Origin: Geosiphon pyriformis uo1
Taxonomy: Eukaryota; Fungi; Glomeromycota
Direction of reading: 5' to 3'
Length of the DNA: 64,000 nt
NCBI GenBank assembly: GCA_016748015.1
Contig: JAAOMT010000128.1
Location: forward strand, 2,239,538 to 2,303,537
The notes under the pieces were generated by a model. It ran no database searches. It was not told where the DNA came from and worked only from the letters and a program-made list of their open reading frames with translations. Positions 51,215-64,000 of this stretch are shown piece after piece (position 1 is the stretch's first letter; every line of letters begins with the position of its first letter). Made by a program: the position numbers and the translations under genes.

Positions 51215-53220
51215 TTCAAAAAACAAAAACGAGCAGCAGTTAATGATGCTCTTTGTAAAGAAATTTGTCAATATTTCAAAAATTACTATGGCACGAAACA
51301 TGATGATATTGTAGCTTACATCAATCATAAATATCCAGAACTTCATATTTCTCGTCCAACTGTCTCCAAGATAATCAAAGAGCATGCAAAGTGGTTGAAT
51401 ATTGAAATTGATGAAATCTCAGAAAGATCTATTCGACACAAAAGTGTTAAATTTCTATTATTAGACCAAGCTTTAAGTTATTGGTTATAACAAATAACTG
51501 CAGCCACTATCGAATTAAATAATTAACTAATTAAAGAGAAAGGAAAAGAATTTGCCAAACTTCTTCGTATGCACAAAAATGAAATGCAATTCTCAAATGG
51601 ATGGGTTCAAAAATTCAAAAAACGAAACCAGTTACGTGGTTACTGATTTCATGGTGAGGCAGGAAGTGTATCAACTGAAAGTTTACCAGAAGAACGAAGA
51701 AAATTAAAAACCATTATATCTGAATTTGATTCTGCTAACATATATAATGCTGATGAAACAGGATTATTTTTTCGTATGAGACCAAATCAAACACTTGCAA
51801 AACGTCGAAATGCAAGAAAAAAATTAGTATATTATATTTACTAATTTTTATCGTTATATATTATTGTTATATTAAATTAATTGGGTTTTTTATAGGATAA
51901 ATCTCGGATTACAATTCTTCTGCTACAAATTCAACTGGATCTCACAAACTGCAACCTTTAATAATTGGATATGCAAAAAATCCAAGATGCTTTAAAGGAA
52001 TTAATACTTCTAACCTGTGATTTACAAATTCAATTCCAAAGCATGGATGCGCTCAGATATATGGAAAGCATGACTCAAATATATAAATGAAGGCTATCGA
52101 ATTCAAAATTAGCATATATTACTTTTGGTTGATAATGTAACTTCTCATACTTAAATCGGGGAAGATTCATTCCAATTGACCAATATTACTTTGCACTATT
52201 TTCCTCCAAATACTACATCACATCTTCAACCAATGGATGCTGGCATTATCAAATCTTTCAAAGGCAAATATAAGCACTTATATTGTCAACAGATTTTACA
52301 TCAATTTGAACAAAAAATTAATATTGAACAGTTAAGTAATATAATATATACAGTATTATTATCATTATATATTATATGATTTTATCTAATATTAATTTAT
52401 TTTTTAGAAATAAATTAAACATAAAACAAGCAATTGATTATGTTGTTCAATTATGGTTTCAAGTAACACCTGTTACAATTCAAAACTGTTGGCAAAAAAC
52501 GGATATTCTTTTCTATAATCAAGAATTAGAAATTCAAGAATCCGAAACATCAATTGCTATAGATATATTCAACAATTTACCATCAAATGCACAACAATTG
52601 GTCAAAAATCTCGAAGATTATACTGTAGCAGTTGATAAATTATTGGCAACTGAAAATATTCTNNNNNNNNNNNNNNNNNNNNTATTATTATCATTATATA
52701 TTATATGATTTTATCTAATATTAATTTATTTTTTAGAAATAAATTAAACATAAAACAAGCAATTGATTATGTTGTTCAATTATGGTTTCAAGTAACACCT
52801 GTTACAATTCAAAACTGTTGGCAAAAAACGGATATTCTTTTCTATAATCAAGAATTAGAAATTCAAGAATCCGAAACATCAATTGCTATGGATATATTCA
52901 ACAATTTACCATCAAATGCACAACAATTGGTCAAAAATCTCGAAGATTATACTGTAACAGTTGATAAATTATTGGCAACTGAAAATATTCTTGATAATAA
53001 TGAAATTGTTTAGCTGATGCTCAAATTGAAACCAATACAATTAATGACTCGGAAGAAGAATTAGAAGAATCTCCACCTGCTATAATTACAATTACAGAAG
53101 CATATGAAGCATTAAAAAAGGTAATTAGATTTGAAGAGCAATTAGCAGAAGAAAATTTTAATATAGAAAACCAAAATTTACTTAGAAAAAAATTACTATA
53201 AATACGAAAAAATGAAGAAA
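51215..53220 (+). pseudogene. CENP-B-type HTH plus DDE_1 transposase with two introns; stops and frameshifts
   Basis: ISRPTVSKII, FSNGWVQKFKKR, HGEAGS, IYNADETGLF, KAWM, LLVDN, FPPNTTSHLQPMDAGII. Introns 51827-51895 and 52331-52407. Confidence 0.88.
52663..52682. other. Assembly gap (20 N) flanked by a ~309-bp near-identical duplication
   Basis: 52354-52662 is repeated at 52683-52991 with two substitutions seen. Confidence 0.95.
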
Positions 53221-55334
53221 ATATTTTAATAATAATAATAATAATAATAATAATTGATTGATTTAATAAATAAATATAGTTTATTTGATAATAATTATAA
53301 AACTCTATAATAGAACACCTCTATAATGGAACATAATTTGCATGTCCCAACTGTGTTCTTTTATAGAGGTCTGACTGTATAACAAATAAATATAACATAA
53401 ATTATAATTAATTATCTTAATATAATTTGAAATTACAATTATATATTGACTGGTTACAATTTATTAAATTATTATTTTTAAATTATTTGCTTATATATAT
53501 ATTTTAAATAAAAAAATAAAACAATTGATTGCAAAAATATATATAAAGTTTTAAAACAAATTTTAAAATTTAATAATAGAATAAAATTATTTATTCGGCA
53601 ATTTTTATACAAAAATGGTTTATAATTAAAATTTATATTAAAAATAATACAAAAAATTAAAATGTGTAAAAATAATTAATACCTAAAAAAACTTTTAAGG
53701 TATTTATTAATAAAATTTTTCGTTTTTTTAAAAAGATAACAACTAATATTTTAATAATAATAATAATAAAAAAACTTAAATAAGATTTTTTAAAATAATA
53801 ATTATTAAAATATTAAATATTTCGATTTTTGATTTATTTAAATTTAATAACTTTAATTTTATAATAAAGTTTTATAATTTAATATTAATTTTTATAGTTA
53901 TCTTAATATAAAATTAATATTTTAACATTATTTATATGTTTATATTTAAGCTTTAAAGTTTCTTTTATTATTAAGATTATTTTTTTGTAATAATAAAATT
54001 TCTGTAATTAATAAAAAATATTTTCTTTTTCATTATTAAATTTTGTAAAATTTAAATTTATCTTCTTTTTGAAAATATTTTTTAATGTTGATTGGATTTT
54101 AATTAAAATATTCATTAACTTTAAAACGATTTTTATAATAATTATTGAATAAAATTTAAAATTTATTTTTAAACTTTCTAATACCTTAATAATATTGTGT
54201 AAAATAATAAAATTTAATATACTTATAATTATTAATAACGATTTATTATTATAACCATGCTTTAGAATTTAGAGCAAACAACATAAAAATTATTGGCTAA
54301 AAACCAATGTAATTTAATTTAATTTAATTAAAACTAAAATTTTTTAACTAAACAAAGTTCGATTTATGATGACATTCGAACTCGAATTTAAAGAACTGTT
54401 AGCATTTTTAAGAAAACATCAGTAATTTCAACTTTTAACGTTTCAATGCAGATTTGATTTGTCAACAAATTCACAGTCTGAGTAATCAGTTTTTGTGGTA
54501 TCAAAGATCTGAAACGGCATTGACAACAGAACGAAATAACCGAGTCTAACCGCAATATTTGATTTATCCGACCAGTAATGATTGCTTCAAAATAATTTTA
54601 ATTATCTGATGAAAATGCGTGGTTTTATTAGGCGTACTATGTGAATAATTTTAATGTATGTTGAGGATGATGTTGAATGCTTTAATGTTTTAATGTCCAT
54701 TTTTTCTTCAAACTGGGGTAACTAAACTTTAGTAATAATAATATTTTACAAAGAAAATGTCTATTATGCGTGGATATATCTATATCAGAGAGAGAGTAAC
54801 CGTTTAGAAAAAAAAGGGAGAAAAGGTATGCAGGGAAGAGTATATCTATCGTATTTGAGCCATGGCTATGTGATATCCCAAAAGTCAAAAAAGGAGAGGT
54901 GCAAGACGAATCAAAGGGTAAGCATTATAAATATTGCAAGTCAGATCAGGGTTTATAGTATAAAATTATCCACGTGACTCACTTACATGACCATCCATAT
55001 ATACACTAACCCGAGAATAATCGTTCTAACCCTGAAACCATCCTTCACTTCAAGATATGCCGAGGGAAATCAATCAAAAAGAAAAACCAAAGTCCATAAA
55101 AATGATATAATTAAAAAAGAGTTCTTGATAATCTTAAAAAAGAAAAACGAATATACTTGAGAGGAATAAGATAAAATATACGGTGATAATAATTTTGCGG
55201 AGATAGTAAAAAAGCGTGAATTGATATTACTCCATTGTCGAAAAAGATAAAAAACAGATATAAAGTCTTTTATAGGCAATTTTCAAAGTTCGGGTAAAAT
55301 GTTTTTGGTTCAACGAGACATTTTCGATGCGCGT

Positions 55335-58300
55335 CTACGTGGCCTTTACCCTTGTTTTGTTTGATGGTTTTTTCGTTTTGTCCTTTGCCATCTCTGGGGA
55401 AACTTTCCGGCTGGCCGTTTTGTTAGGACTTGTCGCTGATTTCGTTGTATCGTTATTGGAGGAACGATGTGCCCGCTTCACTTTTGTTGAACTTTCTCTG
55501 GGTGTAGTTGTGTGCGTTGTTGCCACAATTACAGGAGGAGCAAGGGTTTTGTTTTTTCTAAGATTTTTTGGGCAACCATCCATATCCAATAAGTGTGCCT
55601 TCCATCCAGCTTCTGTGGCAGGCTTGACGACGCTCTTGCAGAGGGGACAACGGACAATATGTGAAGGGATCACCATACAAGTTTGATTCGCAACGTGCTC
55701 AAGATAATTATCTGCTCGGATAACCTCACGACACCTTGGGCATTGCTTTACAAATTTGCTTTTGTCACAATCGTTCAGCATGTGATCATCCAACGTAGAT
55801 ATTTCCAAAATCTATATCAAGATAATTGGAATGAATGATTAAGATTGAATCAAAAAAGTTGATAGGAAATTTAAACATCTATGAAATTAAATTCTGAACT
55901 TACGATATTACACAAGGGGCAATTGGTCAACACAGGGCACTCGTTCCAATAATGAGTCACCAAGTTTTCTTCAGTAAAATCATCACTATGCTCATCACAG
56001 AAAATGCAGCATCTATTTATTTAGCATAGAGATTAGAAACATGAGCGTCATATTGAAATTATCTCGCTATATTGGAAAAAAAATGCCTTACCTATCACTT
56101 TTTGATCCTTCTTCAGGTTCAGGAGCAACAATAGGTGTTGGCGGTTCCATAGGTTTAGCAACTAAATATTAATTAAAAAAGGGTTGAGATGATGTTTTTC
56201 AGAATAATTCAAGGAAATGATGAGATCATAATTAAATTCCGAGAAACTGACCAGTCTTGGGAATTGGCTTTGTTGAAGTTTTAATTTGAGAAGGGCTCTT
56301 TTCCTCCTCAGTGGAACCCCTTCGTACATGTCCGGTGGGGTTAACTTTAATACTAGTTCCACGAGTTGAGGAGGTGGCACTGAGCTTTGATGAAGATCTT
56401 TGTCTGCCTGGTTGAGAAGGCGAAGGGAATGAATCGGTTGGTTCATCGGCCTTTCTGGTCTTTTTTATCGAAGGCTTATTAGTGGTACTTGGTGATGATT
56501 TGGTTGTGCGGCCTGTTGCTGTCTTTTTAGAAGCTGTAGTAATGGCCACAGAATTGACCCTTTGTGTAACTTCAGCAGGAGCGTGAGAAAACGCAGATAT
56601 CGTGGAAGTATTATCTGGATGATCTTCGTCACAATAAGATCCAGCCGGTGCATGTTTGATGGTGTTGGCGATATAAGTATCAAAATCATCAGCGACAAAA
56701 TGGTTAACATTATTTATCATTGCCTTCGCTTCCATTAACTGCTGTTCAAGCCGAGTAAAAGTTCCACGCTTAGCTAGTGGTTTTTTAAGCAAAGATTCAT
56801 CAACTTCGAGCATTGTCATGATCGGAGGAGGTGGCGGAAAAGCATCGGTAAGTTTGCGAATGTTCTATCACAGAAAATGAACAAAAAAAATTAGCATCAA
56901 GTAGAAATGGACTTTCATAAAATCTAACTGAATTTTTTGTTGGCCTAACAAAACAAAATCGAGATTGAATTTTTACCTCGATTAATAATGGTTTTACGCC
57001 ATTAAGATAACTTTCGACCGTTCTTTTATCATAGCACTTGCAGACCTCGACGACAAGTTTGACAGCGGCATCTCTAACCTCCCCATTGCTATGATTCAAA
57101 TAAGAGACAGCCACTTCCATGACACCGTCAAGACTAAGGCCGTTATCCTTTTCAAACTTCCCTTTTGGTATTAGGGCAATACCAAAAACTTCGACCAGTT
57201 GGGTTATTAGTTCCACTTTTGCTTTGGATTGTTTAGGGGGCTGAGTTTGAGAATGAGAGGGCTTCAAAACTAGTGATATTACTGATTGATTTGGAGATCG
57301 ATAAGTTTTCGAAAGCAAGATAAAGAGATCTGTTGCGCTTTGTTTGATCCGTGGATTTGTATCGGAAATCTTGCTGAACAGTGCTGGGAATGTTTGATCA
57401 ACAAGTTTTGAAGTAACTGATTGTGGCACTTGATGGTGAACACAAAAATCTAACAACATAAAAATTCGTGTTAATTTATGTTGAATTTGATAAAGACTAG
57501 AAAATTAGAAAACGAATAGCTTGAAGTCACTTTAAGCACTTACGAGTTAATGTTGCCCATAGATTGATGGCTTGTAAGGTCAGCTTTTCACGATTATCAT
57601 TCAACCCCTCTTGCATTATTTGGAATGCTGCTTTGATGAGAATCGACTTTGGATAAAAAAATAAATCATATAGGATAAATAAATTAGTGACCTCCTTAAT
57701 AAGCAAATCCAGTTTTATGCCGAAATTTATAGCTTACCTTATCGATACCCTCAACATCATGGCCTTCACTTTCAGCATCAAGTCTTTGTGTAACATCGGT
57801 CAACGCCGTCTCACGCCATTTGAACTTTTTGGACAAAAGGCAGGCAACCACCTGATCCCCAAATACCTGCACTGACAAGGCAAAAGCAGAACGAGCAAGG
57901 TCGGAAAGTTCTTCGGGTTCATCTTCGGCAAGATCATCCGAGGGAACTGGTGCCATTAAACATGATTTGTTATTTGCTAATGCTGGTATAGGGCGCTCAT
58001 CTTCATAAGATTCCCAAATGGCGGGATTGGTTTTGGTCGGTGATGTTGGTGTCAATGGCTCTTGATCAGAGACGGTGGCGGAAGAAAATGCTGGAGCATT
58101 CATGCGTGAAGCGTTACTACTTGTCCGACTTTTCGATAAACGAAGTGGTGAAGAGGGACGTCCAAGGTTATTAGTAATAACAGATATTTGTTTTCTGTCA
58201 TTTGAAGATTTGATTTGGCGACTATTTTGGCGCTTTTGTTTATCTCGGCCCGCAGATTCAAAAGGGTCAATCGAGGAGTTTGAGATTTTTCGCATGCTTT

Positions 58301-60625
58301 CAAGTGAAATTGTTGAAGATGTTGGGGTTGGTACTTGAAGGTTCTGAATATAGTAGAGGAATAATATGATACTTGAGTGATTGGTATTGATATAATCAAA
58401 ATAGTTGAGAATAAAACATACCTCAACAAAAGGCGGAACTTGAGGATGCTCAGCTAAACCCACGATATCTGCAATGTCATACACAATAACTTCACCATTC
58501 TCGTCCAACTGAATACCTTCATCGGTGATTGTAGTTTGAACTGCTGTTTTAATTTCTTCAATTTCCCGCTATAAAGGATCATTTTTTTTACAGAATTATT
58601 AAGGTTTCCAATTTAAGATCTTGGGTGAACTTTCAGTAAAATTACATACACTTGCCTTAAATTTCGCTGCACTATCAAAATCCTCTTTTTCAACAGCTTG
58701 TTTTTTCAGTCCCCCTAGTTTTATTATTTCTTGCGAACACTTTGAAAAATTATATGAAGTAATTTATTTATCTTGCAGGGAATTCAGTTAAAGACCATGT
58801 AAAAAGATGTAAGATAGAGTAACTGTTTACCTTTTGGACCAATTCGATTGAATCCTTCAAAACTTTCGCCATGTGAAAATCTTCGACTGGGAAAAACCAT
58901 AAGGTTGGATTAGTTCCTCATAATGGCTTTTAATCAATTTAAAACTATTATTATTATTATTGTTGTTGTTATTGTACCTTTGACTGCAGCTTCTTTCCCT
59001 CGGCCAAAAGCAGCTAATAAGGTGGCGGTCTGTCCTTCGTCTTGCAAAAAATCGATTGGTTTTTCAGGAGCTACATTGTTATTGGCAGAGGATGAAATTA
59101 TCGAAGACAAAGAGCCAAAATTTCCTTTGCCATAATCAGGTGAGATATTGTGGCTTGGCCATTGTTGAAGATCTCTATTGACGGGGATGTCACATGTTTC
59201 AGGGGAAGCAACTCGTGATACATCTTCATCAGCTTGCTAGAAAAATTTGGTTCGTTAATTTTATATAAAGAAACAAACAAATTTTCAAGAAAAGGAAAAT
59301 ATTAATAAAATTTTGAACAAACCTCAAGGGGTATTGTCTGACTTTCTCCCTCAAGTAAATCATCGATAGGTTCACCCATCACTGTTATTCCTACTAATCC
59401 GACTTGATTGAATTGGTTCAAATGATTTGAGTGACACCGACGGGCTACTAATCTAATATATTCACATTCGGCGTCTAATCTAACTGATTTCAGTTCACGA
59501 GCCTTGTATTGGGCTCGTTCGTTGCTATCCAGTGCGCAGTATCTATTTAAGAAAAAAGGTTATAAATATTAGAACGAACGAACGAACGATCAAACGAGAA
59601 TGAGCAAAAAAGCTTTACCCAAGTCGTCGGAAATGTACGTATGATTCATCGTTTAATTTATCCAGATGAATATCTGTATCATCATCCAGAACTTTTTCCA
59701 GCTCTTCTGTATTGTTTCCCTCTTCACTATCATAGTCTATTATTTTAGGCATTTGTTCCCATGTCAATGTCTTTTTTTCTTGTTTGATAGTATTAGAATT
59801 TGCCATTCCGGCCATTTCCTTCCTTCTCTGAACAGAACCAACGTATATGTCTAATTTACTAGCTATTTTATAATGATGTGATAGAATTTGTAATTTGAGT
59901 ACTCGGGCAGAGCCGCTTGCTAATTGTAAAATGATTTCTTGTGGATATGCACATAGTCTATGATTGATGTCGGTAGTTTAGAGATAAGTAATTAGGAAAG
60001 GGGTTGAGTTTGATGGATTATTGGTAATTGGTCCGGGGTTATATGGAATCAAGATTTTTAGGATTAGAATTAGATTATATAATAATAAAAATAAACAATC
60101 AATATTGATATGATGTGATGCACAAAAAGATTATATAATCAATGATGATCAAATTTGGTAATAGTATATATGATCACCCAATATACAAACTATAACCAAA
60201 TGTGATGAGCACCATCAAAAAACTTGATTGATAATTTTTTACCTTGGTGACTGCCAACCTTTTCCGTGTTTAACACCTCCATTCTTGTTCTGAAGATGAG
60301 ATGTGACCTTTGGTACCAAGGCCTCAGGTGGATAATTTTCATCCCAATCGGTTGCGTGAATTACTTTGAAATCCAGCTGTTGTAATGGCATGTGATAATA
60401 ATTTATTGTTGTATCGGACAATGTTCTGGGACGAAATAAAAACGGATAAATAGGAGCTGGAATTTTTAGTGGTAAGAAAGAAGGCGAAGAAATTGGTAAC
60501 GGTATATGAACTTTTTCCGATGCTTGTTTGGTTATTTGCTGGTTTTCAATGAACTCTTCTTTGTTAGAGGGATTTTGTTGATTTGACAGGAGTTGTAGTT
60601 GGTTAGTTGTTTTAAGTTCCGTCAT
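55335..60625 (-). CDS. CEP104: Centrosomal/ciliary-tip protein CEP104 orthologue, multi-exon
   Basis: N-terminal jelly-roll (GWQSPRLCAYPQEIILQL..LQILSHHYKIASK..RRLGY..LDSNERAQYKARELKSV..LNQFNQVGLV), coiled coil (KQAVEKEDFDSAAKFK), TOG/HEAT domain (VFGDQVVACLLSKKFKWRETAL; ISDTNPRIK; HSNGEVRDAA), C-terminal C2HC Zn-finger array (CIFC..HYWNECP..CPLC..HMLNDC..CPRC..RCPLC..WKAHL..C). Not all splice sites resolved. Confidence 0.9.
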
Positions 60626-61581
60626 TGCGAAACAGTAACGAGGGTAGAGTAGAAAAGAAATGAGTATAAGTTTATATAATGTAAAATTCTACTATTGTTA
60701 CAATGGTATAGTGATATAACTATGCTATTAAAATTAAAAAGTCCTTTCTAGTGTCCTGTCTTGTCTGTCTGAGATTTTGCGGCTTCTCTTTCTCGAGTAC
60801 AAATTTCAAGATGTTTAGTTCAAATATTTTTGTTTTTGAACTATTATTCTTCCAAGCTCTCGTATTATTGCTGCGCCGATATAGCTATTTTTGCGAGATA
60901 AAAAGGCCCAAAGGTTGATAACAGAAATAAGAATTTTCAACAGCATTTGTGGGATGTTGAGGTCCTTTTAAGTAGTTGAAAGTAAAAGCTTGTGGCTCGC
61001 AAATTAAATTTTTTTTTTGAAGATAATGACACGTGTAATGAATCGATCCTCGCTCGAATTGGGGTAGTCAAAATTGGGCTGGGGAATATTTTATTATCAT
61101 TGATCATGTATTCTATTACCAACCATCGTAATCTTTCTCTTTTGGTCACTGCACGTTAGACGACGACGGCGGCGTCGCGAAATTCAGAAGTGATATAGGT
61201 AAAAGCACAGCTCGCAGACAGACAGACAGAGAGAGGCTTTTATCGAAGAAAAAAAAAACTTTGTTTTTCCCAGCTTGGAAAGGAAGTATGAAAAAGGGGG
61301 GGGGGGTGAAAAGGTAGAAAAAAGTTTTAATGTGATAGTGCACTCACCCGTAAAAGTTATTTTTCTCTGTTTGCACGCGAGTCCAAGATGAATATCGCTT
61401 TCGGTATTAAAGTTATGTCTTATAAGATTATTATTTTTTTTTTGAAGCTTTGTCGCCTGCTAAAAGCTCTCTTTTTAATAGTAACGATAGTGATGGTAGT
61501 GTTGAGTTCCAATAACGTGTAAAGTTTGGGAGTAATTGAGAGCGCCTTTTTCTTTTCTTTTCTCTTTATGTTTTTTTCTTC

Positions 61582-61582
<1 letters not shown>

Positions 61583-61629
<47 letters not shown>
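61583..61629. repeat. (GT)n plus (GTAT)n microsatellite
   Basis: Seen directly upstream of CEP104. Confidence 0.95.
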
Positions 61630-61630
<1 letters not shown>

Positions 61631-62310
61631 TGAGTGAGCTGTTTTAGTAGTTTTTAGTACTTTTAATGTGAATGAGCAGTATTTGTGTTGTGAATAATTA
61701 TGTGTATACTATTAAATAGAAAAGAAATTATACTATTGTAGTAAAAAAAAAAAGTATTTTGTAGTAGCTTTATGAAGTTTTTTGAGGGAATACTCTATAT
61801 ACATTCATATATATATATATGTATGGTTATATGTATGCATAAAAGTTTAAAGAATTAAAGAAGAAAAAATTTTCATGAGACAGGATAGCGGCGGGGGGTG
61901 GGGGCGTGTAGTGGTGGTGGCGGAGAATGAAATTAGATAGGGAAATATTGATGATAGTGATATCAATGATTCGCGTTGACAAAGGAGGAAAAAAGAGGAT
62001 AAAGAAAAAAATATTAAAAAACTCCCAATATTATAGAAATGAAAATATTGGAAAGAAGAAAGTGTAAAGAGAGAAAGGAGAAAAGAAAAGAATTGAGAAA
62101 AACCAAGCAAAAAAAAAAAAGATTTGAATAACGTTGCTAGGAGGCTGACAAGGTTAGCTGACCGTTTTAGGAGTGGGACGTGTTTTATTTGGGTCTACTA
62201 TTTGTTTGTTGGATGATATCAAAGTAGTAATATTAGTAGAAGTTCATTTATATGGTTGCAGTCAAAAGTCTTTCTCTTTTAATTTTTCAAATGATTATTA
62301 GAATTTGGAT

Positions 62311-62345
<35 letters not shown>

Positions 62346-62545
62346 TAAAGAACACATATAAATTTTACAAAAAAAAATTACATTTCCTTTTTTTCTTGTA
62401 TTACCATTAAAATTACAATTTTACACCAACAAAATACTAGTATTATAGTGTTAGTGGTAATTTTTTTTAATTATGTTGTGAATTTATGCAACCAATGTAT
62501 CATGTAACGATGACGGGCGGTTTTTGATGATCGAAATTATGTGCA

Positions 62546-62579
<34 letters not shown>

Positions 62580-64000
62580 TTGAAAATATCAATTGGCAAT
62601 TTCCCAAAGTTTCATCGAAACATTACTTGTATTTCAAAATTTGGTTTCACCAAGAATAATTATTTGCATTCCTAATTTTATATAGTCACAGGAAAAATTT
62701 AAACCTCAAAAACCTATCAAACTTTCTTTTTCAATGTTAAAAGAACTCAGCCTTTTAATATTGATATATCATTAAGATCGCTTGAAGTAATAATAGTTTT
62801 TTAATTGTAACAGAGTTTGAAAGCCTAATATCTAAAAAAAGAAGCCTGTCAAATGTTGTAAACCTTTTGTCCTACAAAAAACCGAACTCTCATCAAACAT
62901 TTGTTGATAGTTGACAACATTAAAATCTCCTGTTAGTGGCGGCATCCTTATGAATGAGACCCAGTTCACGCTTTACCTAATTTAAGTTTCCAACTTAAAA
63001 TATTTCCATTGGCCACTGATGATCGATTTCACAATATGGGAACTAATATCTGGAAAAGGAAATATGCCATATGTAATAATTCAATTCACGTATCGACATT
63101 ACGATCAGATTCGAGTGTGGTAATAGTTTTAAAATGGGAATATTTGGAGCACGACTTGGAATCAAAGGGAGTTTGGACAAGGTGGCGGTGGTGGAGGATC
63201 CCTTGAATTCCCTCGTTGATTAACCAATCAACGAACCAAATTTTAATTAATAAACTTTTTTTAGCAGATCAATTCCAAAATTGAAATAACCTACCTACCC
63301 AGTTTCCTTGGAACTTTGAAAAATTTGAAATTTCGCATTACTATAAAGAATTTTTCACAACTAAATTGAATTAATTTTAAATTGATACATAAGCAAAGCT
63401 TTTTGTTTTCGAGATCAATATTTTATGAACAAGCCATCATATACTTCCTAGCGGCCATATGATTTTTCAAAAGAGAGAAACGCAGAATCAGGTTGTCCTC
63501 CAATTCACGACGGCAAATGAAACATGAAGGATAACAAATTATAGAAGAAATACCTATCAAATTTTCAGTACCACCAAATTATTTCATTAGTTTACGGGTG
63601 TGATGATTTCTAACATATTAAACTGTGGGCAATATTAATCTTGACTCTGTAAAATAAAAAGCCCAAAGCAAGTTCCAAATCTGAAAAGTAATTATTGTTT
63701 AGTAAATGGAAATACATGAAACATTAAAATCAAAAAAATACCCTGGAATTCCTTGACCATACCCGATATCGAAAAAAAAACACAGCCAAATCTTTACAAC
63801 TTTAGAATTTCCTAAATGATTATACTTTACCCGCGCCTCAAATTTTTGGTCCAAGCTTAGAAAAATTTTTTATTTATTTGCATTTTATTTAATGCGTGGG
63901 TGGATCTTCAATATCATAATAGAAAAATTCATTTCTATTGTATTTGAAGTTATGAACCATATCAACAAATGCTATTTTTGCTTTGTTTTGTTTATTTATT

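Larger units (their letters stand above)
50812..53377 (+). mobile_element. pogo/Tigger-like (Tc1/mariner superfamily) DNA transposon
   Basis: TA-flanked TIRs: CAATTAGACCTCCATAAAAAAAC and reverse complement of the right end CAGTCAGACCTCTATAAAAGAAC. Subterminal CTCTATAATRGAAC repeats at 53303-53332. Confidence 0.9.

Noticed and set aside
52354-52991. Apparent tandem duplication of a transposase exon (ORFs 52376-52708 and 52705-53013)
   Set aside because: The copies abut a 20-N scaffold gap and differ at only two seen positions; most likely an unmerged contig overlap.

Overview
AT-rich, intron-containing fungal DNA, most likely Glomeromycotina. The LINE family and gene style resemble Geosiphon/Ambispora-type genomes (inference, not verified). 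The first 31 kb hold a cluster of six intact, spliced class-3 lipase-fold genes, each with an N-terminal hydrophobic anchor. All six have lost the catalytic nucleophile serine (GHSxGG is GHGxGG or GHDxGG), while keeping the catalytic Asp, mostly the His, and an extra CxC motif. They look like a diversified membrane-anchored pseudo-lipase family. Between lipase genes 2 and 3 lies a decayed IS607-type element with overlapping tnpA (serine recombinase) and tnpB/Fanzor2-like frames, not visible in the ORF track. Also present: an F-box gene, a transition-hypermutated Ty3/gypsy relic, an unexplained ~4 kb decayed ORF, a long-TIR non-autonomous element, a 5'-truncated and a full-length RNase H-containing LINE (the latter with a solo-LTR-like insert), an intron-containing pogo-type transposon spanning an assembly gap, and a multi-exon CEP104 orthologue. 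Exon models and relic translations were read by eye.
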